DNA of 64,000 nt from Vulcanimicrobiota bacterium (GCA_050250895.1 JBFWNU010000002.1:224001-288000); one strand, 5' to 3'. Shown: positions 20,111 through 29,631, numbered from the stretch's first letter. Notes: generated by a model from the letters alone, not told the origin. A program made the numbers and translations.

Positions 20111-20186
20111 AGGGGTGTAGCTCAGTTGGTAGAGCGCCGGTCTCCAAAACCGTAGGTCGCGGGTTCGAGTCCTGTCACCCCTGCCA
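20111..20186 (+). tRNA. tRNA-Trp (CCA)
   Basis: 76 nt; acceptor aggggtg/cacccct, D-arm agctcagttggtagagc, anticodon loop ctCCAaa, GGTTCGAGTCC, encoded CCA end; TATAAT upstream. Confidence 0.97.
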
Positions 20187-20211
20187 AAGCCCGTTCGTTC
20201 GGGCTTTTTTT
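20186..20211 (+). terminator. Intrinsic terminator after tRNA-Trp
   Basis: aaagcccg-ttcgtt-cgggcttttttt. Confidence 0.85.
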
Positions 20212-20339
20212 GTTGGGTGAGTTGGACGGTAACCGGACACTAAACCGGACACGAGGGTCGGAAGACCTTTGGCGACAACACGTTCGGAAGGAGCCTTCCA
20301 GCGTGAATCCAATTCAAAGCAGGTGAAGGACCACCCCGG

Positions 20340-20639
20340 GTGAGCGACGATGACAAGTTGCACCTCTTCCTCGATGAAACCGGCCAGCACAGCCAGGGCG
20401 AGTATTTCATCTTGGCCGTCGTGGTCATTGGGAAGGGTAGGCTGCAAGCCGCCCGTCAGGAGATAGAGGCCCTCGAGCAAAAGACCAATCGTCGGGGCGC
20501 GAAATGGTCCAAGACCAACGGCAACGAAGCGCTCCTGCGCCTCGCGGACGCCCACGCAGGCTACCAGGGGGACAAGCATCGCATGAAGCGCTACGCCCAC
20601 GGTTGGACCGACTTGGACTGTCATCTTGTCGAGATATGA
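20340..20639 (+). pseudogene. Truncated DUF3800-like (RNase H-fold) protein
   Basis: N-terminal LFLDETGQ..YFILAVVV and C-terminal LLRLADA in only 99 aa, suggesting an internal deletion. Confidence 0.65.
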
Positions 20640-20779
20640 AAAAGTCAGGCTGTCGTTGGCCTGACTACCCAGCGATTTCGCTGGCTGCCCCTAGACTCGA
20701 CGGGAATGTCGAGACACCGCCCATACGGCGCGTATTCGGGGGCCCGATTCCGGGCACGAGACGGGTTTCGATCCGGCTC
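20639..20779 (-). ncRNA. Candidate DUF3800-associated structured RNA
   Basis: Minus-strand TGGTAGGAT extended -10 (20786-20794), several stems, and a terminal hairpin agtcaggc/gcctgact plus T-tract abutting the DUF3800 stop. Confidence 0.6.
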
Positions 20780-20978
20780 CATTGTATCCTACCACAACCT
20801 GAGGAAGACGAGAATGGTTTCGCCATCTTGACCGCAACCGGACTCGAGGGACGGAAGACGGCGCGGCAATTGCACATCAGATGAAGAGACGACCCCGAAG
20901 CCATGAAAGAGGCGTTGGCGGAGACGCTATTGCGTCTCGCCGCCGAGCGCCTTTACCTGGCCAGGTGGACCCAGCAAA

Positions 20979-22202
20979 TCAGGGCGTTCTACCACGACGC
21001 CCGATGAGCCGATCGAAGGTGATAGCGAGGATTGTACCGCCGCGGTCGTCCTGCGCGTTTCTGGCTATCACGAATGCCGGCTCCACATAGTTGAACGCTA
21101 GGCCATTGCGCCAGAGGACGGCGTCGGCAACCAGTCGCGCTAATCTTGCGTTTCCATCCGCGAAGGGGTGGAAGAAGCAGCAGTCGAGATACGCCATCGC
21201 TGCTCTCCAGATTGGGTGAAGCGCGGTGTCATTCGCTTCTGCCAGCTTTTGGTCAAACAGCGAAAGATTCGCTACGCCATAACGTTCCCGGCCATTCTTT
21301 GCAAAGGCGTCGGTTTCTCGCAAGTGGACTCCGTTCTTGTTTAAGACGAGCTTTTGCCACGCTGTGAGGACTTCAAACGTGAGGGGCTGGGTGGAATCAG
21401 CCCATTTGCGGCATGCCGTCAAAGCGGCCAGCATGTGTTCGTCCTTCTCAGTGCGTTTAATGTACATGACATGTCCATCTGAGCGAAGTGGATTGTGTTG
21501 TCGCCAAAAGTGGCTCCATTGCTCATTCGGAGGCTCGCGCACGTTGAGCCAAACTTCCAGGCTGTCCTCTTGGGTGATCATGGTGGCGCCCACCACCTCG
21601 CCCACCCGCCTGGAAGCTTCTTCTATTTGTGCTTTGGTTGGCTCGGTCCAGCTATGGAAGTGGCCCGAAAAGATTTTCTCGACCAGCGCTCTGGTGTGTC
21701 GGTCGCTGTGAGCGCTCGCCTCCAGGTACCAGTTGAGCGTCAGGGCGCAAGTCCTGTACCAGGCATCCGAGGTCTCGGTCCTCCGAATAATCATGGGCAC
21801 TAAGCGGGCGGCAACTGTCTCGATCTGGGCGGCCGCGTTTGACCCGGTCTTCATTGGTACTTCTGCTAGAATTCCGTCGAACTCCTCCAGAAATTCTCGC
21901 CACTGCTGTACAGCCGCGAGCACCGTTGTGACAATGTTTTCGCCTGGACCTTCCGGGTCAATTTCACTGACCACGGGGCCGCCGTCCTCGCTTGAGCGCC
22001 AACCGGCTATCCAGATTCCGAACTCTTGGATCAACAGCTGATCAAGACAGCCCTCGAGATAGTAGTCGTCGTTGTCTTGGTTGGAGTGCCAATCGTGAGT
22101 TGACAAGAAACCTTCGACTATAGCGCGGGCTCGGTCTCGATCAAAGTGTCGGCTCTCGGGTAACACGTCGTTCCACCGTAACCTATACGAACAGATGTCC
22201 AT
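20979..22202 (-). CDS. Fic family protein
   Basis: HPFADGNARLAR near the C-terminus; GC visibly lower than the flanks; start trimmed to MDICSY. Confidence 0.88.
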   Translation of the reverse strand: MDICSYRLRWNDVLPESRHFDRDRARAIVEGFLSTHDWHSNQDNDDYYLEGCLDQLLIQEFGIWIAGWRSSEDGGPVVSEIDPEGPGENIVTTVLAAVQQWREFLEEFDGILAEVPMKTGSNAAAQIETVAARLVPMIIRRTETSDAWYRTCALTLNWYLEASAHSDRHTRALVEKIFSGHFHSWTEPTKAQIEEASRRVGEVVGATMITQEDSLEVWLNVREPPNEQWSHFWRQHNPLRSDGHVMYIKRTEKDEHMLAALTACRKWADSTQPLTFEVLTAWQKLVLNKNGVHLRETDAFAKNGRERYGVANLSLFDQKLAEANDTALHPIWRAAMAYLDCCFFHPFADGNARLARLVADAVLWRNGLAFNYVEPAFVIARNAQDDRGGTILAITFDRLIGRRGRTP

Positions 22203-22323
22203 TGTGGTGCGCTTTCTCACCAGCAGAGAGTTAAGCCTTCGTGAACTCACGTTCCACCAGTTCACCAGTACCCCGATCCGGGCCTGAGACAGGACTGTGC
22301 CCGATGGATACCAATCCAACCAG

Positions 22324-22361
22324 GCTTGTTCAGACGGCGGAATTCCGCCGTCTGAACAAGC
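22324..22361. repeat. Perfect 38-bp palindrome
   Basis: gcttgttcagacggcggaa|ttccgccgtctgaacaagc. Confidence 0.9.
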
Positions 22362-22506
22362 TCTCTTCTGGGGGTCTTCGGCCGGAGGCCGCAGCCGGGG
22401 CGCGCAGACGACCTTAAGGGCCTTGAAAGAGGCGTTGGCGGGGCGCCCCATTCACGTGATCAGAGGGGTTAGTGGGGGTGAAAGAGGTCGATGGCCGCGA
22501 TCTCCG

Positions 22507-23139
22507 TCAAAAAGGTCCACTGTATTCGGACTCAACTCGAGGAAGAGGGTAGGGTGGCGTGGTCTCTCGCACCTCTTCGATGAGTTCCCCGTCGGGGGGC
22601 GGAAAAACGTCCTCCAGCCTCAGACACAGGTCAGGGAAGGCCGGGCTTCGGAGGGTCTCCGCCTCGGTGTAGGTGCCGGCGATGCGATAGCTGTCACCAT
22701 CCAAAGACAGCACCTCGGCCAGGGCCGGATAGGGCCGCAGGATCCAGTATTCTTTCACGCCCGCCGTGGCGTAGAGCCTGAGCTTCCGGACCCGGTCGTG
22801 GCGCTCGGTGCTAGGCGAGAGGATCTCGACGGCCAGGGTGGGCGCCCCTTCGATATGGGTCGGCGTGATCTGAGCCCTGTCGCAAACCACAATCAGGTCA
22901 GGCTGGACCGCGTCATACTCCGAGAGACGAACGTCGATTGGGGACACGAAGACCCGGCAGGGACGGCCTTTGAAATGCGCGTGAAGCAGTGCGAGTAGCT
23001 CTGTGAGAACGGCCTGATGGGCGACTCGCGGCGCCGTCATCGCATAGGGCCGGCCGTCGATGATCTCCCAGCGAGACTCGTCGTCCCAGGTGCGGTACTC
23101 GGCCCAACTGACCTTGCGTCCGCTTCGCGATGACTCCAT
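22507..23139 (-). CDS. Uma2 family endonuclease-fold protein
   Basis: RWEIIDG, VQPDLIVVC, GAPTLAVEILSPST, GVKEYWI; TATAAT 6 nt before the ATG. Confidence 0.92.
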   Translation of the reverse strand: MESSRSGRKVSWAEYRTWDDESRWEIIDGRPYAMTAPRVAHQAVLTELLALLHAHFKGRPCRVFVSPIDVRLSEYDAVQPDLIVVCDRAQITPTHIEGAPTLAVEILSPSTERHDRVRKLRLYATAGVKEYWILRPYPALAEVLSLDGDSYRIAGTYTEAETLRSPAFPDLCLRLEDVFPPPDGELIEEVRETTPPYPLPRVESEYSGPF

Positions 23140-23237
23140 CGTTGGATTATAGCCGATTTTCTCTGAGCGGTGTATCGGGCGGTGGCGGGGCAAACGGCTC
23201 CAAAGGACACCGGCCCGAGCGAACGAAACCCTCCACT

Positions 23238-23570
23238 ATGCCTGATCACCGCGACTGGGAGTTGGCCAAAGAGTTTCGGCGCCGCCTCGAGCCCCTGCTC
23301 GGAGAGCGCCTGCTCGAGGTCAGGATGTTTGGCTCGCGAGTGCGGGGCGACCACCGGCCCGACTCTGACCTCGACTTGTTCGTCAAGGTCGATACCGCCC
23401 CGGTCAAGACGCGATGGGCCATCTACGACGTGGCTACGGACATCAACGCAGAAACCGGCTTTGCCATTCCGCTGGCGCCGTTGGTGATGGCCGAGGCCGA
23501 GTTCGAGCATCTTCGCAATCGGGAACGGCGACTGGCTCGCGACATCCTCGAGGAGGGCGTGGTCGTTTGA
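23238..23570 (+). CDS. Minimal nucleotidyltransferase (MNT) antitoxin
   Basis: FGSRVRGDHRPDSDLDL motif. Confidence 0.9.
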   Translation: MPDHRDWELAKEFRRRLEPLLGERLLEVRMFGSRVRGDHRPDSDLDLFVKVDTAPVKTRWAIYDVATDINAETGFAIPLAPLVMAEAEFEHLRNRERRLARDILEEGVVV

Positions 23571-23977
23571 CCGACGAGAACCGGCGCCGCAACGCGCGCG
23601 ATGAGTGGGCCCTGGCCGAGTCCTCCTGGGCCGCCGCCGAGTTGTTGGGTCAGAATGGCTTCCATCGGGACGCCGTGGCCCGCTACTACTATGCCGCCTT
23701 GCATGCTGCTCGGGCAGCTTTGTTGACTCACGGAGAGGAGCCCCGCACCCACCTGGGCGTGTCCTCGCGATTCAACGAGCTCTTCGTTCGGGGCGACCTG
23801 ATGCCAACCAGCAGTTCGCGGGTGCTGGGCCGGTTGCAGCGCGAGCGGGAACAGGCCGACTACCATCGCGATGTCATCTTTCGCGAGGCGGACGTCGAGG
23901 AGGCGCGGCAGAGCGTCGAAGCGTTCCTGGAGGCTTTGCGGGGCCTGTTGACCCAGGGCGGGTGGCTCGAGTCGTAG
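23567..23977 (+). CDS. HEPN domain protein (MNT-HEPN pair)
   Basis: RYYYAALHAARAALL, THLGV, REQADY; TTG start overlaps the MNT stop. Confidence 0.88.
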   Translation: MTDENRRRNARDEWALAESSWAAAELLGQNGFHRDAVARYYYAALHAARAALLTHGEEPRTHLGVSSRFNELFVRGDLMPTSSSRVLGRLQREREQADYHRDVIFREADVEEARQSVEAFLEALRGLLTQGGWLES

Positions 23978-24122
23978 CCAAAGAGAAAGCCACCTTCACG
24001 AGCGGGGGGGTGACTTGTCGTGAAGGTGGCTATCAGCCATTCGGCTGATTCGCTCTATATCCCTGTCAGAAGCCATTATTAAGTTTCTAGGTTTTCTTTG
24101 GTGTGGTTTACATTGCTCAATG

Positions 24123-24151
24123 TTGCATATATGGAATAAATGTCCTATAAT
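24123..24151 (+). promoter_or_regulatory. Sigma70-type promoter
   Basis: TTGCAT-N17-TATAAT in an AT-rich stretch. Confidence 0.7.
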
Positions 24152-24263
24152 GGGACCCGTTGGGTTGTCAAGTATCGGGAAAGTCCCGAAGCTGTGACCC
24201 GGTACAGTGTTCTTCAGACTCCAGGGCCGTCGTAAGCTAGTGCAGCCCGCGGAAGGAGTCATC

Positions 24264-24647
24264 ATGAAGAAGGTCTTCTCACCCGTTTGGCTGGTCCTGA
24301 GCCTGGTGGTCTTTGTCGCAATTCAACTGGTCTTTGGCGCGCTCGCCGGCAAGTTCTTGTTGGGCGGGCACACCGCCCAGCACACCCGCTTTCTGATTGA
24401 AGGTCTGGTGGTGCTGATCAGTTACTTCGTGGGAGCCTTTCTGATCGGGGTCGTCTCGCCTGATGTGCGCCTGGTCGAGCCGGTCGCGGCGGCCTTTCTG
24501 GCCACTCTGGCCGTGATGTCGGTGGCCCTGATGGTGCCGAGCTGGTTCTTGGTGGCCAGCCTCGGACGCCTCATCGCCTGCAGCCTCATCGCTTGCGGGA
24601 CCGCCCTGGTGGGCGTGCTCACCGGCGAATTGGTCAGCAATCGCTAG
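24264..24647 (+). CDS. Small four-TM membrane protein
   Basis: AAGGAG SD before ATG 24264; four hydrophobic segments. Confidence 0.75.
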   Translation: MKKVFSPVWLVLSLVVFVAIQLVFGALAGKFLLGGHTAQHTRFLIEGLVVLISYFVGAFLIGVVSPDVRLVEPVAAAFLATLAVMSVALMVPSWFLVASLGRLIACSLIACGTALVGVLTGELVSNR

Positions 24648-26290
24648 CGTAGCAGCGAGAGCAAGGTGGTGGCCACCACGATCTTGGTGATCATCGCCAC
24701 CGAGAACACCGAGGAATAACCGATGTTGACGCCGTCACTCTTGACGAGAGAGTTGGCGTAGGCCAGGCAGGCCGGCTGGGTGTGAGCTCCCGAGATCACA
24801 CCCAGCAGCGTCACCAGATTGACTCCCAGGTGGCGCCCGCCCAGGCCCAGAATCAGAGCCGAGGTCAAGGTGATGATGGCCCCACAACCCATCAGCAGCA
24901 GACCATTGGTCTGCATGGCGCCGACGAATTGCCCACCCGCCTTGATTCCCACCGAGGCCAGAAAGAACAACAGGCCAATCTGGCGCAGAGCCAGATTGGC
25001 CTCCAGGGACAAGGTCCACACGATATTGCCGGTGCGGCGCAGCTTGCCCAGGATGAGCGCCACCACCAGACAACCACCGGCCACCCCCAGGGTGGGGTAG
25101 GGCTGGCTGCCAACCGGAATGGGTATGCTCCCGATGAGGACTCCCAGCACCATTCCGAGCGATACCGAGAGATAGTCGGTGTGGGCAATCTGCTCTAGCG
25201 AGTCGCCTAAAAACTTGCCGGCGCGCTCGAGGTCAGGGGCTCTTCCCACCACCCGCACTACATCGCCCTCTTCCAGCAGCCAGTGGGAGGAAGCGGGCAC
25301 CTCGACATCGCCGCGGCGGATGCGGGTCGCCGTCACCCGATAGGCGGCCTCGAGGTGCAACTCCTCGAGCCGCTTGCCCACCAGGTCCTGGTTGGACACG
25401 AAGAAGCGTCCGTAGGTTACCTGGCCGTGCTGTTGCTCGAGGTGCTCGTCGGTGGGTTCGCCCAAGATTTCGAGCGCCTGGGCGTGCATCTCTTCGTTGC
25501 CCACCGCCAGCACGATGTCGCCCACGGCCAGGACCGTCTCGGGCTCGACCGTGTCCAATCGGCCTTCGTGCAGTCGCCGGGCCACGATCAGCCCGCAATG
25601 TTCGGCCACCCAGCCCACCTCCAGCTGGTTGGTGTTCGGCTTGAGCCTGGTTACGCGATAGTTGCGGGCGGTCACGGGGCCTCTTCCCCCGCCACTCTCC
25701 TGGTCATACGAGGCGACCTCTTGCTCCGGGTTGGTCGAACGCAGCAGCAGCGCCATCACCGCAAACACGCCCAGCACCCCGAAGGGATAGGCTACCGAAT
25801 AACCCACCGCCGGTCCTTCCAGGTCGACCGAGTCGCTACTCACTTTGGCCAGTCGTTGTTGCATCTCGAGCTGGGCCGCCAGGGCCGGGGTGTTGGTGGT
25901 GGCCCCGCAAAAGAGCCCGGCTGCCTGGGCTCCCGGCAAATGGGCCAGGCTCGTCAACCCGAGCGTGGCCCCCGCCGCCGCCAGCACGGCCACGGCCGTG
26001 AGCAGGCTCAGGCGCAAACCCTGGGAAGTCTGCAAGGCTTGAAAGACCCCCGGACCTGAGGCCAGTCCGATGGTGTAGACGAACAAGGCCAGGCCGATCC
26101 CCGAGACGACGGGTGGGATGTCGAAAGCCTGGGGGTCCCAGGCGCCCAGGCCAAGCCCTACGAACAGCACCGCCGCCACGCCCAGCGAAAAGCCTCGGAT
26201 GCGCCAGGCTCCGACGACGTACCCCAGTCCGATGACGGCGAACAGGCGCAGGGTGACGCTGTCGGCCAGAAAGTCGTGTAATGTCTGCAC
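24644..26290 (-). CDS. AspT/YidE/YbjL (aspartate:alanine exchanger family) transporter with TrkA-C domains
   Basis: LGVAAVLFVGL, GATTNTPALAA, GYSVAYPFGV, GAHTQPACL; two central RCK_C-like domains. Confidence 0.92.
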   Translation of the reverse strand: MQTLHDFLADSVTLRLFAVIGLGYVVGAWRIRGFSLGVAAVLFVGLGLGAWDPQAFDIPPVVSGIGLALFVYTIGLASGPGVFQALQTSQGLRLSLLTAVAVLAAAGATLGLTSLAHLPGAQAAGLFCGATTNTPALAAQLEMQQRLAKVSSDSVDLEGPAVGYSVAYPFGVLGVFAVMALLLRSTNPEQEVASYDQESGGGRGPVTARNYRVTRLKPNTNQLEVGWVAEHCGLIVARRLHEGRLDTVEPETVLAVGDIVLAVGNEEMHAQALEILGEPTDEHLEQQHGQVTYGRFFVSNQDLVGKRLEELHLEAAYRVTATRIRRGDVEVPASSHWLLEEGDVVRVVGRAPDLERAGKFLGDSLEQIAHTDYLSVSLGMVLGVLIGSIPIPVGSQPYPTLGVAGGCLVVALILGKLRRTGNIVWTLSLEANLALRQIGLLFFLASVGIKAGGQFVGAMQTNGLLLMGCGAIITLTSALILGLGGRHLGVNLVTLLGVISGAHTQPACLAYANSLVKSDGVNIGYSSVFSVAMITKIVVATTLLSLLR

Positions 26291-26368
26291 CGCCCGATGG
26301 CTTACTGCCTTGCTGGGGAGCTTCCCTGCCGGGTTGGCCCGCCGGTCAGATTATGGTAGGCTGGTGCG

Positions 26369-26725
26369 ATGAAGTATCTCGCTACCTTCTTGCTGACCCT
26401 CAGCCTGACCATGCCCCTCTGGGCCGATGGCAAAGCCCCTGCTGACGACGCCTCGCTGGCCGTCGGGGCCAAACTGTTCAAGCGCACTTGCGCTCCCTGT
26501 CATGGCAAGGAAGGAAAAGGCGACGGCCCCGCCGCCGCTGGGATCAAGCCACCGCCTCGCGATCTCACCACCGCCCCGCTGCTCCAGGGCGACAGCGACC
26601 AGGACATCTTCAACACCATCAGCAACGGCGTGCCGAAATCGGGCATGGCCGGATTTGCCAAGCAGCTCAAAGAGGAAGACCGCTGGAAAATCGTCTCTTT
26701 CGTCAAGAGTCTACGCAAGAAATAG
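26369..26725 (+). CDS. Periplasmic class I cytochrome c
   Basis: Signal peptide, CAPCH heme motif, distal Met in SGMAGF. Confidence 0.92.
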   Translation: MKYLATFLLTLSLTMPLWADGKAPADDASLAVGAKLFKRTCAPCHGKEGKGDGPAAAGIKPPPRDLTTAPLLQGDSDQDIFNTISNGVPKSGMAGFAKQLKEEDRWKIVSFVKSLRKK

Positions 26726-26746
26726 CCGAGAAGGTGCCGGTGCACC

Positions 26747-28273
26747 GTGCACGAACCACCTCCGATGGTGCGATGGCTATTGGTGGGTCTAGTTTCGGCA
26801 CTGCTGCTCTCCGGCGCTGCCCAGGCCCAGAGCAGACTTCCCGAGGGCTCGCCGGTGCGCACACTGTGCATCGCCTGCCACACTCCCGACGAGACCGGTC
26901 GCATTCCGACCATCGAGTCGATCCGAACTACCCCTGAGGGGTGGCGACGCATTGTCGACCGGATGAACCGCAACTACAAACTCGACCTCGACGAAGAGTA
27001 CGCGGCCGAGATCGTGGCCGACCTGGCCAACTCGCTCGCCCTGTCGCCGGCCGAGATGGCCGACCTGGAGGGCTATCTGCGCACCCGCGCCCTGCCCACC
27101 GACGACCCGGCCCTGCCCGAGACCTTCGCCCGCAGTTGCGCGTCTTGTCACGGCTACGAGGTCATCGCCAGCCAGCGCCGGACAGAGGCCGCCTGGATGC
27201 GGCTCGAGGGCTTTCACCGAGGCTATTTTCCGATCATTCCGATGATCTACCGCGACCTGGATTGGCCCACCGCGGCTCAGGCTGCTCTCACCGCCCTGAC
27301 GGCGCGCTTTCCCTTCGAGACCGACTGGACGCCGGGCGAGCCGGTGACGGGCGAGTTCCTGGTGGCCGGGCATCAAGCCGGTAAGGGCCAGTATACCGGC
27401 CGCCGCACGGTGGCCGAAGACGGCTCGACCTACACCGAGACGCTCACCTTTGAAGACGGAACCACCGTCGAAGGCAGCGGCCAGGGTCAGGTCACGGCCG
27501 GCTATCACTGGCGCTTCGAGGGGGCGACCCGCAGCCTGGTCGGCTCGGCCACCCCCGAGGGCTGGTTCGACTTTCGTTGGCAGGGCCCCCTGGGGGCCAC
27601 CGGCAGCGAGCGGGCCGTGGCCGCCAATCAACCGGGGCTTTTGGCGGTGAGCCCCGAGGCTATCGTCACCGAGGGCGGCGAAGTCACCGTCACGCTTTAT
27701 CGCAGCGGGTCGGGCAAAGAGGTCAAGTCGAGCTTGCCGGTGGCCGGGGTAGAAGAGTCCGGCCCGGCGCTGAAGGTAAAGCTGAAGGTGCCGCGTCTGA
27801 CCCGACCACAAGAGGTCAAGCTGAGCCTCGCCGACACGCCGGGCGAGGTTACCCTCAAGCTAGCTCCGCGCGTCGACGGCATTCGTATTAGCCCCGAGGA
27901 CCCGGCCGCCCGCATCGGCGGGGGCAAGATTCCCCTGGTGCCCTTGCAGTTCGAGGCCCGCGCGCTGAGCTTCGGAGCCGACGGCAAACCCAACACCGAC
28001 GACGACATCAGCCTCGGCCTGGTCCAGCCAACCTGGTCGCTGGAGGATTATGCCGGCACCGACATGGCTGACGACCCCTCCTACATCGGCACACTCGACG
28101 CCAGCGGCCTGTTTGCTCCCGCCACCCTGGCCCCCAACCCCGAGCGAGTGCGCCGCAACAACACGGGCGATGCCTGGGTGGTAGCTCGCTATCGCCCCAC
28201 CGGTGCGCTCAAGACCTATCGGGCTCGAGTGCTGCTCAAGGTGGTCGTGCCCGAATATCGAGGTAACGTCTGA
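26747..28273 (+). CDS. qhpA: Quinohemoprotein amine dehydrogenase alpha subunit
   Basis: Signal peptide, two CxxCH (CIACH, CASCH), RTTPEGW..RM, QRRTEAAW, ARIGG, GLFAPA..PNPER..NNTGD. Start may be 26765. Confidence 0.92.
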   Translation: MHEPPPMVRWLLVGLVSALLLSGAAQAQSRLPEGSPVRTLCIACHTPDETGRIPTIESIRTTPEGWRRIVDRMNRNYKLDLDEEYAAEIVADLANSLALSPAEMADLEGYLRTRALPTDDPALPETFARSCASCHGYEVIASQRRTEAAWMRLEGFHRGYFPIIPMIYRDLDWPTAAQAALTALTARFPFETDWTPGEPVTGEFLVAGHQAGKGQYTGRRTVAEDGSTYTETLTFEDGTTVEGSGQGQVTAGYHWRFEGATRSLVGSATPEGWFDFRWQGPLGATGSERAVAANQPGLLAVSPEAIVTEGGEVTVTLYRSGSGKEVKSSLPVAGVEESGPALKVKLKVPRLTRPQEVKLSLADTPGEVTLKLAPRVDGIRISPEDPAARIGGGKIPLVPLQFEARALSFGADGKPNTDDDISLGLVQPTWSLEDYAGTDMADDPSYIGTLDASGLFAPATLAPNPERVRRNNTGDAWVVARYRPTGALKTYRARVLLKVVVPEYRGNV

Positions 28274-29631
28274 TGCAAGCGATCCCGGTCCACTTTATCG
28301 ATCCCTCCCACATCTTCCATCCCGAGCACGGGGGCGTGTTCGAACTCTCCCCCGAGGCTCTCGAGCTTTACCAGAAGGCCATCGACGGCGAGGTGGCCGA
28401 GGGGCCGGCGATGCAAGAACTGCTGGCGGCCGACCTGCTCAGGGCGGGCGAGGCTCCGGCTTTTCCGCCCCCACCCAAAGACCTGACTCTACGTTCGCTG
28501 GTGGTCAACCTGACCCAGAACTGCAACCTGGCCTGCGTCTATTGTTATGCCGACGTGTTGCCCACGGCCAAGAAAAAGCGCCAGATGGAGCCCGAGACGG
28601 CTCGGGCGGCTATCGACTTTCTCCTTCGCCAGTCGGGCTCGGTGCGCACTCTCAACCTGACCTTCTTCGGCGGCGAGCCGCTGCTGAACTTTCCTCTGCT
28701 CAAGCAGTCGGTGCTCTACGCCGAGGACGAGGCTCGCAAGGCGGGCAAGAAGCTCCGCTACTCCCTGACCACCAACGCCACCCTGGTTACCGAGGAGATG
28801 GCCAGGTTTCTCGATGAGTACCGCATCGGCGTCTCCATCAGCCTCGACGGGCCGCCCGAGGTACAAGACGGCCAGAGGCCCTTCGTCAACGGTCGGGGCT
28901 CGTCCAATCGGGTGCTCAAAGGGGTCGAGACCTTGCTCACCCACGTGCGCTCGCGGCCGGTGGGGGCCAGGGTGACCCTGACGCGTCAGAGTGGCTCGGT
29001 GGTGCCGATCTTCGATTATCTGCACGAGCTGGGCTTTTTCGAGGTGGGGCTGGCGCCGGTCACCGACCCGCGGGCCGAACTGCACCTGGGCGACGAAGAG
29101 ATGGAGCGCCTGCTCGACGACTTTCGCATTTTGAGCGAGCGCACCGTGCAAGAAGCCCGGGCCGGACGCTACCTCGGCTTTTCGAATCTCACCAATATGC
29201 TCAGCAGCATTCACGCCGGCCGCAAACGCGTCTATCCGTGCGGGGCCGGCCTGGGTCTGTTCGGGGTCGATTACACCGGCAAAATTTCCCTGTGTCATCG
29301 TTTTCAAGGGAACGAGGACTTCGTGTTGGGCGATGTCTGGCAGGGCCTGGATGCCGAGGCGGTTCACCGCCTGCGCCGGGAAGTGCACCCGGTCAACAAG
29401 CTGGGCTGTCACACTTGCTGGATTCGCACCCTGTGCCGAGGCGGCTGTTATCACGAGGCGCTCGAGCGCCACGGCGACCATCGCAAGCCCAACCTGCATA
29501 CCTGCGATTGGCTGCGTGCCTGGGTGAAGCTGGTGCTGGAAGTTTATCTGACCCTGGCCCGCGAGGCCCCCGGTTTTCTCGACCGGCTCTCGGGCTCTCG
29601 AGCCAGAATGACGGAGGGTGTAGTGGTATGA
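28273..29631 (+). CDS. qhpD: Radical SAM/SPASM thioether-forming maturase
   Basis: CNLACVYC, FFGGEPLLN, SPASM PCGAG..LCHRF..CHTCWIRTLCRGGCYH; lies between qhpA and qhpC. Confidence 0.93.
   Translation: MQAIPVHFIDPSHIFHPEHGGVFELSPEALELYQKAIDGEVAEGPAMQELLAADLLRAGEAPAFPPPPKDLTLRSLVVNLTQNCNLACVYCYADVLPTAKKKRQMEPETARAAIDFLLRQSGSVRTLNLTFFGGEPLLNFPLLKQSVLYAEDEARKAGKKLRYSLTTNATLVTEEMARFLDEYRIGVSISLDGPPEVQDGQRPFVNGRGSSNRVLKGVETLLTHVRSRPVGARVTLTRQSGSVVPIFDYLHELGFFEVGLAPVTDPRAELHLGDEEMERLLDDFRILSERTVQEARAGRYLGFSNLTNMLSSIHAGRKRVYPCGAGLGLFGVDYTGKISLCHRFQGNEDFVLGDVWQGLDAEAVHRLRREVHPVNKLGCHTCWIRTLCRGGCYHEALERHGDHRKPNLHTCDWLRAWVKLVLEVYLTLAREAPGFLDRLSGSRARMTEGVVV

Noticed and set aside
22329-22356. Inverted pair of the Neisseria DNA uptake sequence GCCGTCTGAA
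   Set aside because: I noticed it only here, inside a longer palindrome; a real DUS would recur many times in 64 kb.
29238-29627. Upstream extensions of the qhpC ORF (and likewise qhpB from 29756 and qhpF from 32264)
   Set aside because: They overlap real genes in other frames; coupled starts at 29628, 29903 and 32753 fit better.
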